IMG/VR virus record: IMGVR_UViG_2654587763_000002
DNA: 50,930 nucleotides
Source of the DNA: an uncultured virus (IMG/VR IMGVR_UViG_2654587763_000002)
Lineage: Duplodnaviria; Heunggongvirae; Uroviricota; Caudoviricetes
Reading direction: 5' to 3' (one strand)
A program made the position numbers and the translations under genes. Shown piece by piece: positions 28,221-39,015 of this stretch (positions within the stretch are counted from its first letter, which is position 1; every line of letters starts with the position of its first letter). The notes under the pieces were generated by a model, which ran no database searches, was not told the origin of the DNA, and saw nothing but the letters and a program-made list of their open reading frames with translations.

Positions 28221-28759
28221 ACCCCGTCAGGCAGTTCCTCAATGCGTATCCCGTGGTGTGGTTCTTCGCTCGCCTGACCGCGGTAGCGCTGCTGGCGTGG
28301 TGGATTCACCACTCAGGCTACAGCTCCGGAGCTCATGACAAGGGGCTTGAGTGGTCAGAGAAGTGGAACAAACAGGCGGCCGAGCTGGCCACTGCACGAG
28401 CGGATGCGGTAACCGCTGCGCGAGAGGTTGAGCAGCGTCGCCAAGCGGACATAGAGAAGGTGAGACAGGATGCAGAACAAGAGATTGCCCGGGCTGAGAG
28501 TGACGCTGCTGCTGCCAGTGCTGTTGCTGCTGGGTTGCACGAGCAAGCCCGCCGCTTGGCAGCACGAGCAAATCAGTGCGCCAGCCATACCGGTGCTGCC
28601 CAGCCAGGCGAAACAGCCAGACAGCCCGCCGTGGTGCTCGCCGACCTGCTCAGCCGGGCTGATGCGCGAGCGGGAGAGCTGGCAAGAGCGTATGACCGAG
28701 CTCGAGCCTCCGGTCTGGCCTGTGAAAGAGCCTACCACTCACTGATTTCCCAGCAGTAA
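28217..28759 (+). CDS. i-spanin (Rz-like, DUF2514)
   Basis: N-terminal TM segment, Ala-rich coiled coil, GLACERAY. Confidence 0.85.
   Translation: MNPVRQFLNAYPVVWFFARLTAVALLAWWIHHSGYSSGAHDKGLEWSEKWNKQAAELATARADAVTAAREVEQRRQADIEKVRQDAEQEIARAESDAAAASAVAAGLHEQARRLAARANQCASHTGAAQPGETARQPAVVLADLLSRADARAGELARAYDRARASGLACERAYHSLISQQ
28470..28745 (+). CDS. o-spanin lipoprotein (Rz1-like), embedded in Rz
   Basis: +1 frame, lipobox LLLGC, Pro-rich, PPWCSPTCS. Confidence 0.8.
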   Translation: MQNKRLPGLRVTLLLPVLLLLGCTSKPAAWQHEQISAPAIPVLPSQAKQPDSPPWCSPTCSAGLMRERESWQERMTELEPPVWPVKEPTTH

Positions 28760-28845
28760 CCGAATCGCCGCACCGGGTCACTCTCCCACCTGGCGGGTCG
28801 TCCCGCGTTAATGTGTGCCGGTGCGGCACCAACCAGGTAGCAGCC

Positions 28846-29226
28846 ATGCCTCTACGAGTTCCCAAGGTGTGCAGAGAGCGCACCTGTCACCAGTTGACCA
28901 CCGAGCGGCATGGCTACTGCCCAGCCCATATACATCTGCTCGATGGGTGGAAGACGGTGGCCAAAGTCAGCGCCGATGAGCGCGGCTATGACTGGGCGTG
29001 GCGCAAGCGACGCAAGCGGATACTGGAGAGGGACAAGTACCTGTGCCAGGTGTGCCTTGCCTTGGGCATCGTGACACCAGCGACTCAGGTCGATCACATC
29101 GTCAACAAGGCCGCTGGCGGCACCGATGATGACGATAACTTGCAGAGCATCTGCGACCCTTGCCACGCCACCAAGACGCGGGCAGAGGCGCTGGCAGCCC
29201 GCCGGGCGGGGCGGGGTAGGGGGTAG
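28846..29226 (+). CDS. HNH endonuclease (terminase-associated)
   Basis: RDKYLCQVC, VDHI, NLQSICDPCH; immediately upstream of terS. Confidence 0.9.
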   Translation: MPLRVPKVCRERTCHQLTTERHGYCPAHIHLLDGWKTVAKVSADERGYDWAWRKRRKRILERDKYLCQVCLALGIVTPATQVDHIVNKAAGGTDDDDNLQSICDPCHATKTRAEALAARRAGRGRG

Positions 29227-29310
29227 GGGGGATCAAATCCTCCCAGCTTTGCGACCTCACCACTGCTCCGCCCCGCGAAATTTTTATACCCGCGAAATTA
29301 AAAATTTAAA
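29227..29310. other. Probable cos packaging region
   Basis: G-rich, GC-rich and AT-rich tracts between HNH and terS (CCCGCGAAATT twice), the position of cos in HK97-like phages. Confidence 0.5.
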
Positions 29311-29321
29311 TGGAGGGCGCG

Positions 29322-29807
29322 ATGGCCGGTGCAGCTGCCGTGCCCGGGCGCGGCAGAAAGCCCAAGCCGACCGCACTGAAGCGCCTGGGAGGCAATGCCG
29401 GCAAGCGGGCACTGAATAAAGACGAACCCATCTTCACCCCTCTCATCGGGGTCGCCTGCCCTGAGTGGCTGGCAGAGGATCCATGGGCTCCCACGCTGTG
29501 GGATATGGTCATCAAAGAACTGTGCGCCGCCGAGGTGCTGTGCATCACCGATCTGCACAACCTGGAGGCGTTCTGCGCCGCTTACTCCCGCTGGCGCAGA
29601 GCCGAGATTGAGATCACCAAGCACGGCCTGGTGGTTGAAGGGGCCACTGGTGGTCCAGTCAAGAATCCGGCCTGTACCGTCGCCAACGAATCACTCAAGC
29701 AAATGACCACATACGGGGCCATGCTCGGGCTGGACCCTTCCAGCCGCTCGCGCTTGATCGGCGGCAACAAGAAGAAGGGAGGCGGCAACCCGTTCGCTGC
29801 TTTGTAG
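29322..29807 (+). CDS. Terminase small subunit (P27 family)
   Basis: GRKPKPTALK...GNAGKR, KNPA, LGLDPSSRSRL. Confidence 0.92.
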   Translation: MAGAAAVPGRGRKPKPTALKRLGGNAGKRALNKDEPIFTPLIGVACPEWLAEDPWAPTLWDMVIKELCAAEVLCITDLHNLEAFCAAYSRWRRAEIEITKHGLVVEGATGGPVKNPACTVANESLKQMTTYGAMLGLDPSSRSRLIGGNKKKGGGNPFAAL

Positions 29808-29816
29808 GGATAGACC

Positions 29817-31538
29817 ATGGCCGCACGCAAAAGCTATCCCTACGTCAACGTGGCCAATGGCTACGCCCGCGACATAGTGCGCGGCAAGATCCCTGCCTGC
29901 CGCTATGTGATCCAGGCATGCCAGCGTCATCTCGATGATCTGGCCAAGGAGAAGTCGGCCAAGTTTCGCTACCGCTTCGACAAGGACAAAGCCGAGCGGG
30001 CCGCCAAGTTCGTCCAGCTCATGCCCCACACCAAGGGGGAGTGGGCCTTCAAGCGCCAGACCCTGAACCTTGAGCCGTGGCAGCTGTTCATCATCTGCTG
30101 CGTGTTCGGATGGGTGCGCAAAGGAAGCGGCCTGCGGCGCTTTCGCGAGGTTTACAACGAGATCCCCCGCAAGAATGGTAAGTCGGCGCTCTCCGCCCCG
30201 GTTGGCCTCTACTGCTTCGCGGCGGATAACGAATTTGGCGCCGAGGTTTACTCCGGCGCCACGACAGAGAAACAGGCGTGGGAGGTATTCCGCCCGGCCC
30301 GCCTGATGGCCAAGCGTACCCCGGCGCTGCTCGATCATTACGGCATCGAGGTCAACGCCAGCAACATGAACATCCCTGCTGACGGCGCCCGTTTCGAGCC
30401 GCTGATCGGCAACCCTGGTGACGGCCAGTCACCATCCTGCGCCATCGTGGACGAATACCACGAGCACGACAGCGACGATCTCTATACCACCATGATCACC
30501 GGTATGGGGGCCCGCAAGCAGCCCCTGATGTGGATCATCACCACCGCGGGCTACAACATCGACGTGCCCTGTTACGACAAGCGGCGGGAGGTCATCGAGA
30601 TGCTGGCCGGCACAGTGCCGGACGATGAGCTGTTCGGGATCATCTACACCATCGACGAAGGTGATGACTGGGCAGATCCTGCGGTGCTGGCCAAGGCCAA
30701 CCCCAATATGGGGATCTCGGTCTACTCAGATCACCTGCTGGCGCAGCAGGCCAAGGCAATTAAGTCGGCCCGCTTTGCCAACATCTTCAAGACCAAACAC
30801 CTCAACGTCTGGGTCTCGGCCAAGACGGCGTTCTACAACATGCAGCGCTGGGCGGCCTGCGAGGACAAGAGCCTCACCCTTGAGCAGTTTGCCGGTGACG
30901 AGTGCATTCTCGGCTTCGACCTGGCACGCAAGCTCGACATGAACTCCATGGCGCGGTTGTTCTGGCGCGATATTGACGGCAAGCGCCACTACTACTCGGT
31001 CGCCCCCCGATTCTGGGTGCCGGAAGATACCGTATTCGATAACGATAACCGGCGTCTGGCGGAGCGATACCAGAAGTGGGTCAACCTGGGTGAGCTCAGC
31101 ACCACCGATGGGGCAGAGATCGACTATCGCGAGATCTTCGAAGAGGCCAAAGAGGCCAACCTAACCAATAAGGTGCTGGAGACTCCACTCGACCCGGCAG
31201 GGGCAATTGCCCTGTCTCACTCGCTGGCAGATGAGGGGATGACCCCCATCACCATCACCCAGAACTATCAGAACATGTCCGCCGGGATGAAGGAACTGGA
31301 GGCTGCGATCCAGGCCGGCCGCTTCCACCATGACGGCAACAGCTTGATGACCTGGTGTATCGGCAATGTGATCGGCAAATACCTGCCCGGAAACGATGAC
31401 ATGGTGCGCCCGATCAAGGAGAGCGCGGATCAGAAGATAGACGGCGCGGTGGCGCTGATCATGACCATCGCCCGCGCCATGGTGCCGGATCGCGGCGATG
31501 ACCGCTCCATCTACGAAACCTCGGACGTTTTATGCTGA
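29817..31538 (+). CDS. Terminase large subunit
   Basis: PRKNGKS Walker [20 protein letters not shown]. Confidence 0.95.
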   Translation: MAARKSYPYVNVANGYARDIVRGKIPACRYVIQACQRHLDDLAKEKSAKFRYRFDKDKAERAAKFVQLMPHTKGEWAFKRQTLNLEPWQLFIICCVFGWVRKGSGLRRFREVYNEIPRKNGKSALSAPVGLYCFAADNEFGAEVYSGATTEKQAWEVFRPARLMAKRTPALLDHYGIEVNASNMNIPADGARFEPLIGNPGDGQSPSCAIVDEYHEHDSDDLYTTMITGMGARKQPLMWIITTAGYNIDVPCYDKRREVIEMLAGTVPDDELFGIIYTIDEGDDWADPAVLAKANPNMGISVYSDHLLAQQAKAIKSARFANIFKTKHLNVWVSAKTAFYNMQRWAACEDKSLTLEQFAGDECILGFDLARKLDMNSMARLFWRDIDGKRHYYSVAPRFWVPEDTVFDNDNRRLAERYQKWVNLGELSTTDGAEIDYREIFEEAKEANLTNKVLETPLDPAGAIALSHSLADEGMTPITITQNYQNMSAGMKELEAAIQAGRFHHDGNSLMTWCIGNVIGKYLPGNDDMVRPIKESADQKIDGAVALIMTIARAMVPDRGDDRSIYETSDVLC

Positions 31539-31720
31539 CACAACTTTTCATTTTCATCGTGGGCCTGCTGGGGGCTGCGGCGCTGGCCTATGGCGCCAGC
31601 CTCTACGCCCCGCCGCTCGGCTGGATAGTGGGCGGTCTGCTCTGCCTGATCTGGTCATTAATGATGAGTCGAGCAGTGGCTGCCGCCGAGTTCGCCAAAC
31701 GCCACAAGGGGGATAGCTAA
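31532..31720 (+). CDS. Small membrane protein between terL and portal
   Basis: 62 aa with two hydrophobic segments, overlapping neighbours. Confidence 0.7.
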   Translation: MLTQLFIFIVGLLGAAALAYGASLYAPPLGWIVGGLLCLIWSLMMSRAVAAAEFAKRHKGDS

Positions 31721-32973
31721 TGTTCCTGCCAATGATGTTCGGCAGCGGGCGCAAGGGCGGCAACTTCAGTCAGTGGATCAGCAGCATGGCGGGTAAGACG
31801 ACCAAGGCCGGAGTGCTGGTAACGCCGGAGACTGCCCTGGCGCAAGGGGTAGTGCGTGCCTGTGTCACCCTGCTGGCCGAGTCCGTGGCGCAGCTCCCCT
31901 GTGAGCTCTACCGTCGAGATGATGACCAGCGGCTGCGTGCAACTGACCACCCGCTGTACGACCTCATCCATAACCAGCCGAACCAGAAAGACACAGCGTT
32001 TGAATTCAATGAGCAGCGCATGGGCCACCTGGGCCTGCGTGGCAACAGTTACAGCTTGATCGACCGGGATGGGCGAGGCTTCATCACCGAGCTCATTCCC
32101 ATCAACCCGGACAAGGTAGCTGTGCTCAAGGGGCCGGATGGGTTGCCCTATTACCAGTTGCTGGATGGCAGCAACCAGATCTTGCCGATGCGGATGGTGC
32201 ACCACGTCAAGGCGTTCAGTCTTGACGGCTACCTGGGGCTGTCACCAATCCAGACCAACCCTGACACCATCGGACTTGCGATGGCGGTGGATGAGCATGC
32301 GGGAAGGGTGTTTGCCAATGGCACGACTCTCTCGGGCGTCATCGAGAGCCCGAAGGATGGAGCCAAGTTTGACACACAGGCCAAGGTGGATGCGTTCCTC
32401 GGCAAGTTTGTAGAGCGCCACTCTGGGCTGCGCAACGCCTTCTCAGTCGCATTACTGCAGGAGGGGATGCAGTACAAGCAGCTCGCCATGAACAACGAGC
32501 AGGCGCAGCTGCTGGAGTCCCGCAAGTATGGCGCAAACGAGATCTGCCGGCTCTACAAGGTGCCGCCGCACATGATCGGCGAACTGGAGCGGGCGACCAA
32601 CAACAACATCGAGCACCAGGGGCTGCAGTTTGTCATCTACACCCTGCTGGCCTGGGTCAAGCGGATCGAAGGCGCCATGATGCGCGACCTGCTGTTACCA
32701 GCGGAGCGCAAGAACCTCTACATCGAGTTCAACGTCTCCGGGTTGCTACGGGCAGATCAGAAGTCCCGCTACGAGGCCTATGCCCTCGGTCGCCAGTGGG
32801 GCTGGATGAGTGTCAACGATATCCGCCGGCTGGAGAACCTACCGCCGGTAGCAGGTGGAGATATCTACCTGACTCCGCTCAACATGGTGAGCACCGGCTC
32901 CCTCCCGCCAGGCATCACCAAAGCCAGCGCCGAACAACTCAACGATATCGAGGCCATCCTATGCCGAAGCTGA
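31720..32973 (+). CDS. Portal protein (HK97 family)
   Basis: ACVTLLAESVAQLP, GLSPI, ICRLYKVPPHMIG, NDIRRLENLPP. Confidence 0.95.
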   Translation: MFLPMMFGSGRKGGNFSQWISSMAGKTTKAGVLVTPETALAQGVVRACVTLLAESVAQLPCELYRRDDDQRLRATDHPLYDLIHNQPNQKDTAFEFNEQRMGHLGLRGNSYSLIDRDGRGFITELIPINPDKVAVLKGPDGLPYYQLLDGSNQILPMRMVHHVKAFSLDGYLGLSPIQTNPDTIGLAMAVDEHAGRVFANGTTLSGVIESPKDGAKFDTQAKVDAFLGKFVERHSGLRNAFSVALLQEGMQYKQLAMNNEQAQLLESRKYGANEICRLYKVPPHMIGELERATNNNIEHQGLQFVIYTLLAWVKRIEGAMMRDLLLPAERKNLYIEFNVSGLLRADQKSRYEAYALGRQWGWMSVNDIRRLENLPPVAGGDIYLTPLNMVSTGSLPPGITKASAEQLNDIEAILCRS

Positions 32974-33896
32974 TCAATTACCCCCATCTGGCCAGCATGG
33001 CGTTTGGCCAACCACTCTATGCCACTCAGGATGTTCTGGCTGGAGTGAAGAGCCTGCTGCTACCACGCATGCTGGGCAACCATCGAGACATCATGGCGGC
33101 CGACGAGTTGCCGGACGGGTTCGAGCCTGCTCCGCTGGAGGCCAAGGGCGAGTTCAAGAACCGCATCGGCGGGCTGGCTGTGATCCCTGTACACGGCATC
33201 CTGATGGCGCGGCGTGGTCACATCGATGCCACCTGCACCGAGCTGACCAGCTACGAGTGGGTGAGGATGCAGATCGCCACCGCGCTGGCTGACGAACGGG
33301 TCAAGGAGATCGTGCTCGACATCAACTCTGGCGGCGGCATGGCGGTGGGCTGCAAGGAGCTGGCGGAATACATCTATTCCAAGCGCAGCGTCAAACCGAT
33401 TACCGCCCTGGTCAATTTCGCCGCCTACTCGGCCGCCTACTTCATCGCTGCTGCTTGCACCAGGGTGGTGGTGAGCGAGACCGGCGGCTGCGGCTCGGTG
33501 GGCGTCATCATGGAGCACATGGAGGTAAGCAAGTGGGAGCAAGAGGTGGGGCTTACCTTCACCACCTTCTACCGCGGCGAGCGCAAGAAAGACGGCACCC
33601 CGCACGAGCCTCTCTCCGAGGGGGCGATGGCCGCCATTGACCACCGGATGGATCAGGCCTACGAGCTGTTCGTGAGTTCGGTCGCTCGATATCGCAGCTT
33701 GTCAGCAGAGCAAGTGCAGGCCACTGAAGCTGCCCTCTTCAGCGGCAGTGAAGCCGTGGCCAACGGCCTAGCAGACGAACTGGCCAATCCCCAGGATTAT
33801 CTCAACGCCCTTGCCGCCAGCGTGGCCAACCAGGGTAAACCTCAACAGTCCGTAGGCCTGCGGGCCAGGGCCATCGAATTGCAGAACCAGCTCTAG
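32961..33896 (+). CDS. Prohead protease (S49 family)
   Basis: LDINSGGG, AYSAAYFIA, GSVGV. Confidence 0.9.
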   Translation: MPKLINYPHLASMAFGQPLYATQDVLAGVKSLLLPRMLGNHRDIMAADELPDGFEPAPLEAKGEFKNRIGGLAVIPVHGILMARRGHIDATCTELTSYEWVRMQIATALADERVKEIVLDINSGGGMAVGCKELAEYIYSKRSVKPITALVNFAAYSAAYFIAAACTRVVVSETGGCGSVGVIMEHMEVSKWEQEVGLTFTTFYRGERKKDGTPHEPLSEGAMAAIDHRMDQAYELFVSSVARYRSLSAEQVQATEAALFSGSEAVANGLADELANPQDYLNALAASVANQGKPQQSVGLRARAIELQNQL

Positions 33897-33920
33897 CCCT
33901 GCGGCGGAGCCCATCCCAAT

Positions 33921-33943
33921 AAGCCCCTTTTGGGGCTTTTTTT
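33921..33943 (+). terminator. Intrinsic terminator between protease and capsid genes
   Basis: AAGCCCC-TTTT-GGGGCTT followed by a T-run. Confidence 0.7.
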
Positions 33944-33964
33944 ATACCCAAAGGAAACCACTCG

Positions 33965-35254
33965 ATGAAAACTATCGAAACCCTCCGCCGCGAGCGTGGC
34001 GAAATCGTCGCCCAGATCACCGTCCTGGCTGATATCGAAAAGCAGGGCGGGACTCTGAGTGCTGAGCAGTTGGCCGAGTTCACTTCACTCGAGAGCAAAG
34101 TCGCGGAAATCAGTGCCCAGATCACCCGACTGGAAACTGCAGAGCGGCTGGCAGCTCAGCAGGCAGTGCCAGTCACGGCCTCTGCATCAATGATTGGCTC
34201 GCCTGCCGTTCATGTGAAGCAGGAGCTGAAGCAGTACCCCGGTGCTGGCATGGCTCGTATCGCCATGGCCATTGCTGCAGGCGAGGGGGACATGGAGCTG
34301 GCAGAGCAGTTTGCCGCCAACGAGATTGGTGATGCCGGGATTGCCATGGCTATCAGCACCGCGGCTGGTTCCGGCGGTGCTCTCATCCCTGAGAACCTGC
34401 ACTCCGAGGTGATCGAGTTGCTGCGCCCCCGCACCATCGTTCGCAAACTCGGGGCCCGGCCGGTGCCGCTGCCCAACGGCAATCTGAGCATGCCGCGCAT
34501 GTCCGGTGGGGCCACCTCCAGCTACGTGGGGGAAGGCGTTGATGCCAAGGCTACCGGTGGCAGCTTCGATGACGTGAAGCTGGCGGCCAAGACCATGATC
34601 ACCCTGGTGCCGATTAGCAACCAGCTGATCGGGCGTGCCGGGTACAACGTCGAACAGCTGGTGCTGGGTGACATGCTCGCGGCCATGGGCGGTCGTGAAG
34701 ACAAGGCGTTCCTGCGCGATGACGGCAGCAACAATACCCCGATCGGCTTCAAGAAAGTGGCCACCGACGCGGGCCGTACTGTTGCCTGGACCGGCACGGC
34801 GGATCTGGACACCATCGATGCTTACCTCGACTTGCTCATCCTGAAACTGATGAGCTCCGACTCCATGATGATCAACCCGGGTTGGGGCATGAGCCCGCGC
34901 TCCTGGATGAAGCTGTTTGGCCTGCGCGATGGCAACGGTAATAAGGTCTATCCGGAAATGGCCCAAGGCCTGCTGAAGGGCTACCCGGTTGCCCATACCA
35001 ACACCATCCCGGTGAACCTCGGCGCGGGTACCAACCAGACCGAGATCTACTTCGCCGACTGGAACGACGTGGTGATCGGCGAGCAGGACAACATGACCAT
35101 CGACTTCAGCCGCGAAGCCACCTATGTGGATGCTGCCGGCGAGCTGGTCAGCTCCTTTGCCCGCAACCAGTCCCTGATCCGTCTGGTCGGTAACCACGAC
35201 GTGGGCTTCCGTCACGTAGAGGGGCTGGTGCTGGGGACTGCCGTTACCTGGTAA
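33965..35254 (+). CDS. Major capsid protein (HK97 fold)
   Basis: N-terminal coiled-coil delta domain, GGALIPE, YVGEG, IYFADW. Confidence 0.93.
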   Translation: MKTIETLRRERGEIVAQITVLADIEKQGGTLSAEQLAEFTSLESKVAEISAQITRLETAERLAAQQAVPVTASASMIGSPAVHVKQELKQYPGAGMARIAMAIAAGEGDMELAEQFAANEIGDAGIAMAISTAAGSGGALIPENLHSEVIELLRPRTIVRKLGARPVPLPNGNLSMPRMSGGATSSYVGEGVDAKATGGSFDDVKLAAKTMITLVPISNQLIGRAGYNVEQLVLGDMLAAMGGREDKAFLRDDGSNNTPIGFKKVATDAGRTVAWTGTADLDTIDAYLDLLILKLMSSDSMMINPGWGMSPRSWMKLFGLRDGNGNKVYPEMAQGLLKGYPVAHTNTIPVNLGAGTNQTEIYFADWNDVVIGEQDNMTIDFSREATYVDAAGELVSSFARNQSLIRLVGNHDVGFRHVEGLVLGTAVTW

Positions 35255-35320
35255 ACCCTGCCATGGGGCTGCTTCGCGGCCCCTTCCATTTCCCTATCAA
35301 GACCGTTCAGGAGAGCCATC

Positions 35321-35494
35321 ATGGCCAAACCAGACAAGGCGGGGAGCGAACCCACCGTAATGCTTATCAAGGTGATCCGCCCCTTCAAGAACTACAGCCC
35401 CGGCGACATCACCGGATTTGACGCAGCCAAGGCGCAGGCCTTGATCGACGGTGGCGTGGCTGAGGCCTACACCGCAGCCGAGGGTGAGGAGTAA
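35321..35494 (+). CDS. Small head-associated protein (57 aa), not in the ORF track
   Basis: Hand translation MAKPDKAGSEPTVMLIKVIRPFKNYSPGDITGFDAAKAQALIDGGVAEAYTAAEGEE; RBS AGGAG. Confidence 0.7.
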   Translation: MAKPDKAGSEPTVMLIKVIRPFKNYSPGDITGFDAAKAQALIDGGVAEAYTAAEGEE

Positions 35495-35496
35495 AC

Positions 35497-35808
35497 ATGT
35501 TGCTGATCACCGTGGTTGAAGCCAAGGCTCAGTGCCGAATCGAACCGGAGATGACCGACGAAGATGCGCTTCTGACCGGTTTGATTGAAGCGGCGATCAG
35601 CCACATCCAGTCCGACATCAACAAGCCGCTGGTGGCAGCAGGGGAGGAGGGACAGCCCCTCACTCCTGCGCTCAAGCTGGCGGCCTTGCTACTGATCGGT
35701 CATTGGTACACCAACCGGGAGGCCGTGGTGACGGGCACCATTGCCACGACTCTGCCGCTGGCGTATGACTCGCTGATCCACCCCTACCGTGACATCGTGG
35801 TGGGCTAG
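35497..35808 (+). CDS. Head-tail connector (HK97 gp6-like)
   Basis: EAKAQCRI...EDALL...ALLLIGHWYTNREAV. Confidence 0.88.
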   Translation: MLLITVVEAKAQCRIEPEMTDEDALLTGLIEAAISHIQSDINKPLVAAGEEGQPLTPALKLAALLLIGHWYTNREAVVTGTIATTLPLAYDSLIHPYRDIVVG

Positions 35809-35816
35809 GGGGACGC

Positions 35817-36356
35817 ATGCTTAAAAGTGGCGAACTCGACACCCGGCTGACGCGCTTTGGCGCCGCAACCGGCACGCCCCCAGAATGGCCGCTGCTTGGC
35901 AAACTGTGGGCGAAGATCATTGACCCGAAGGCGGCAGGTCGCGAGGCCCAGGCCAGTATCTATGCAACCGGTTCGACTTTGATCACGGTGCGGGCTCGGG
36001 GCGATATCCTGCCCGGGCAGTTGCTGAAGGGAAATGCCTGCTGGTACTTGATCGAAGACACCGCCAGCGAGCCTGGCGCCTTGCAGATCTCGGCCCGCAA
36101 GCTCTCCGGCGAGCCAGCGACCTACACCCCGAAGCAGGGGGATCCTTATCCGGTCACCGCCTTCTTGGCGGCTGAGAACGTGATGGTGGGGGCCCGCAGC
36201 GAACCGCGACACCAGATAGACCTGATCCTGCCTGAACTCGTCCCCCCCTTTGCACGACAGGGTGACCAGATCACCTTGCGGGGACGGCAATATCGTATCG
36301 ATGGGCTGATTGAGGGCAGTGACAACGGCACCACGCTCCGAGTTATGGTGGTCTGA
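35817..36356 (+). CDS. Head closure/adaptor protein (apparently two tandem domains)
   Basis: SGELDTRLT...WAKI start; second half GEPATY...RQGDQITLRGRQYRID. Confidence 0.7.
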   Translation: MLKSGELDTRLTRFGAATGTPPEWPLLGKLWAKIIDPKAAGREAQASIYATGSTLITVRARGDILPGQLLKGNACWYLIEDTASEPGALQISARKLSGEPATYTPKQGDPYPVTAFLAAENVMVGARSEPRHQIDLILPELVPPFARQGDQITLRGRQYRIDGLIEGSDNGTTLRVMVV

Positions 36357-36913
36357 TGCCGGGCGGACTTAGCCGCAAGCGCAGGGCCAGGGCGATCAAC
36401 GTCACCGGCCTGAGCGAGAGTATTGATGCATTCAAGGCGCTCCCTGCCACGATCCGCAAGCAGCTGGTGGCCGTGGTCAATGAAGTGGCTTCCAACACCC
36501 GTGGTGACATCGTGAACCGGATCTCAGCGGATGGTTTCAATACAGCCTCGGTCAGGGCGCGGATCCGGCTCGACAAGGCGAACGCCAGCAACGACGTTGC
36601 CACTATCAGCCTGGACCTGAAGAAGATCCCGTTCAGCCGAGTCAAATTTGCCAGTCAGCGTACCGATGGTACCGGCACCCGGGCCAGCGTCTGGGTGCTG
36701 CGGGGCGGCAAGCGAGTGCAGGTCTACGGCTTTATCAACCCCTACGGCAAGAAGCGACGCCCGATGATCCGCTATGCGAAAGCCGGTAAGCCTCGGCTGG
36801 TGATGGCGGGTGGTGTGGGCCTGCGGGGCTGGTGGAACGACATCATCACCGAGCAGTTCCTCGATGAGCTGCAAGCCAACCTTGCCAGCACCTTCAGCAG
36901 GAGAGTGACATGA
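36356..36913 (+). CDS. Tail completion protein (gpZ-like position)
   Basis: Highly basic; canonical neck gene position. Confidence 0.6.
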   Translation: MPGGLSRKRRARAINVTGLSESIDAFKALPATIRKQLVAVVNEVASNTRGDIVNRISADGFNTASVRARIRLDKANASNDVATISLDLKKIPFSRVKFASQRTDGTGTRASVWVLRGGKRVQVYGFINPYGKKRRPMIRYAKAGKPRLVMAGGVGLRGWWNDIITEQFLDELQANLASTFSRRVT

Positions 36914-37332
36914 ACGAAGCGACCGTCATCATCGATGCGCTGCTGGCCAAATTGCGCAGCGTGCCAGCACTGTCGCCAGAAGACAGGGTATGCGACAGCG
37001 ACCCGCAGATCGACCAGCACACCCCGCTGCCGCTGGCCCATTTTCGGGAACTGACCGAGGGTAAACCGGACCGCCGGGGGCGGGAGTGGAAGCGCACCCG
37101 CAACATTCAGGTGGACCTCTATCAGTCCGTGAGTGACGGGCGGGCAGGGCGTGACCAGTTGCTGTCCGAGGTGCTGGCGGCGCTGGTGCCCTCGACGGCG
37201 GGGATCCCCCTGCCTGGCACGACGCTGCTCGCTATCTCTGTTGGCACCATCAATCTGGAACCCGAAGAAATCGGCAGCGACACCCTGCTGACCTCCATCC
37301 AATTCAGCCTCACTTACACCGCCAGCCTCTAG
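36910..37332 (+). CDS. Tail terminator protein (gpU-like position)
   Basis: 140 aa directly before the tail tube gene, ending IQFSLTY. Confidence 0.6.
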   Translation: MNEATVIIDALLAKLRSVPALSPEDRVCDSDPQIDQHTPLPLAHFRELTEGKPDRRGREWKRTRNIQVDLYQSVSDGRAGRDQLLSEVLAALVPSTAGIPLPGTTLLAISVGTINLEPEEIGSDTLLTSIQFSLTYTASL

Positions 37333-37371
37333 GTTGGCACCACCATCTGGATACCATAGGAGCATCCAAGC

Positions 37372-38121
37372 ATGTCATTTACCGACAAAGGCCTGCTGCT
37401 GGCCGGTGATGTCTACATCGCCGAAATCACCAATGGCGTGAAAGGGCCCCTGATTGGACCCATCAACGTCAACGAGATCACCGTCACCCCGCCGACCACC
37501 GAGGAGAAGTCGCGCATCTCCAAGAAGCGCAGCACCTTCGGGCAAGCGCTGGACTCGGTCCAACTGCCGAAAGACCCGGCCAAGCTCTCCCTGAAATGGG
37601 ACTCCATGACCAAGCAACTGCTGGCCGATGCCATCGCCGGCAAGCAGGTGGCCTTCACCCAGACCGAGGCCGCGGTCGTGGATGAACCTGTGACCCTCAG
37701 TAAAGAGGGATGGGTCGAGTTGGGCAACGCCTACATCAAGCCCGGCACCATCGTCGTGAAACTCGCCAGCGGCAGCACCACGCTGGTGCTCGACACCGAT
37801 TACAAGGTGAATGGCAACATGGTGATGGCGCTGAACGACACGGCGGCTGTCGCTTGCAAGGTGAGCTACACCAAGGCGGCCGTGACCGGCACCACTTACA
37901 CCGGCACCACCGAGACTCTCAAGCCGCGCTACTTCCTGATCGACGGCGAGAACCTGGCCAACCCCGGCCAGCGGGTGCGCGTCACCATCGATCAGGCCAT
38001 GCTGGCCGCACAGGGCGCCCTGGCGCTGATGAGTGGCGAGTTTATGGAAGGGGAACTGGAAGGCTCGCTGGTCACCCAGCCCGGCAAGTCCGAGCCGTAT
38101 CGGATGGAGATCCTTAACTGA
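37372..38121 (+). CDS. Major tail tube protein
   Basis: 249 aa, beta-rich, strong RBS, position between neck genes and TMP. Confidence 0.75.
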   Translation: MSFTDKGLLLAGDVYIAEITNGVKGPLIGPINVNEITVTPPTTEEKSRISKKRSTFGQALDSVQLPKDPAKLSLKWDSMTKQLLADAIAGKQVAFTQTEAAVVDEPVTLSKEGWVELGNAYIKPGTIVVKLASGSTTLVLDTDYKVNGNMVMALNDTAAVACKVSYTKAAVTGTTYTGTTETLKPRYFLIDGENLANPGQRVRVTIDQAMLAAQGALALMSGEFMEGELEGSLVTQPGKSEPYRMEILN

Positions 38122-38129
38122 AGATATCT

Positions 38130-38160
38130 AGCTGAGTCTCAGTTACGCCGAGACTCAGCT
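38130..38160. repeat. Perfect 11-bp inverted repeat after the tail tube gene
   Basis: AGCTGAGTCTC-N9-GAGACTCAGCT. Confidence 0.7.
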
Positions 38161-38209
38161 CCGAAATTCCCTTACTATAACGCCATATTGAATTTCTAAG
38201 GGAATAAAG

Positions 38210-38980
38210 ATGAGCGTAAAGAATAATTATATTTTGGCGGATAGGATTCCGTTTATTATTTCATTTTTGACTGTGTATATGTTGATCGCAGGTGCAGCAT
38301 ATACTTTGGGGTTCTGGGCTTTATTTCCGGTTAATATATTTGATTTTATAGGGGTGGTCGACATTGCTAAATCATCCGTACCCGGATTGATGGTTTCAGT
38401 TTTAGTGATTTTTAGCGTCTATGTTCACCATTCCTTTAAGAGTGAGTTTCGAAAGGAAATCACTCCAACAGCTGATAACAAATATGCTGATTTCTTAATA
38501 AATAACAAGAATATATTTGTCTCTATTTTCATGCTGATGCCAATAACCCTATATGCATTTATGTCCTACACTCCTAGTTTCGTAATTGAGTACTCGAGTA
38601 TCTTTGAGTATTTGTTATGGGCATTTGTTTTGCTTAGTTGTGTAGTGGTATATATTTATTTTGTTTCAAATGGTTATGTGCGTAGGTTGAACAATCGAAA
38701 ATACATGACGGGTGTGACCATCATTACTATGATCTTCGTTCCATTAGCTAGTTTTACGATTGGCTTTGGACAGGCTAAAAATTTAATACTGGGTGTTAAA
38801 TATAACTATGTACTTTCAACTTTGAACGCTGTTGAAGTAAATGTTAGCGGAAGCGATAGGTATCTCGGATACTACGGTGGTAAATATTTCACTTGGGATC
38901 CTAATGTCGGATTGGTGAAAATCAACTCTGATAAAAATATGTTGTATGTTAAATCATTTGAATATAAGCCTCGAGAATAA
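38210..38980 (+). CDS. Low-GC multi-pass membrane protein (moron)
   Basis: Abrupt AT-rich segment, about five TM helices plus a C-terminal soluble domain, own terminator. Confidence 0.8.
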   Translation: MSVKNNYILADRIPFIISFLTVYMLIAGAAYTLGFWALFPVNIFDFIGVVDIAKSSVPGLMVSVLVIFSVYVHHSFKSEFRKEITPTADNKYADFLINNKNIFVSIFMLMPITLYAFMSYTPSFVIEYSSIFEYLLWAFVLLSCVVVYIYFVSNGYVRRLNNRKYMTGVTIITMIFVPLASFTIGFGQAKNLILGVKYNYVLSTLNAVEVNVSGSDRYLGYYGGKYFTWDPNVGLVKINSDKNMLYVKSFEYKPRE

Positions 38981-39015
38981 AATTCAAAATAAACAATAAC
39001 ATTTGAAATAATTGT

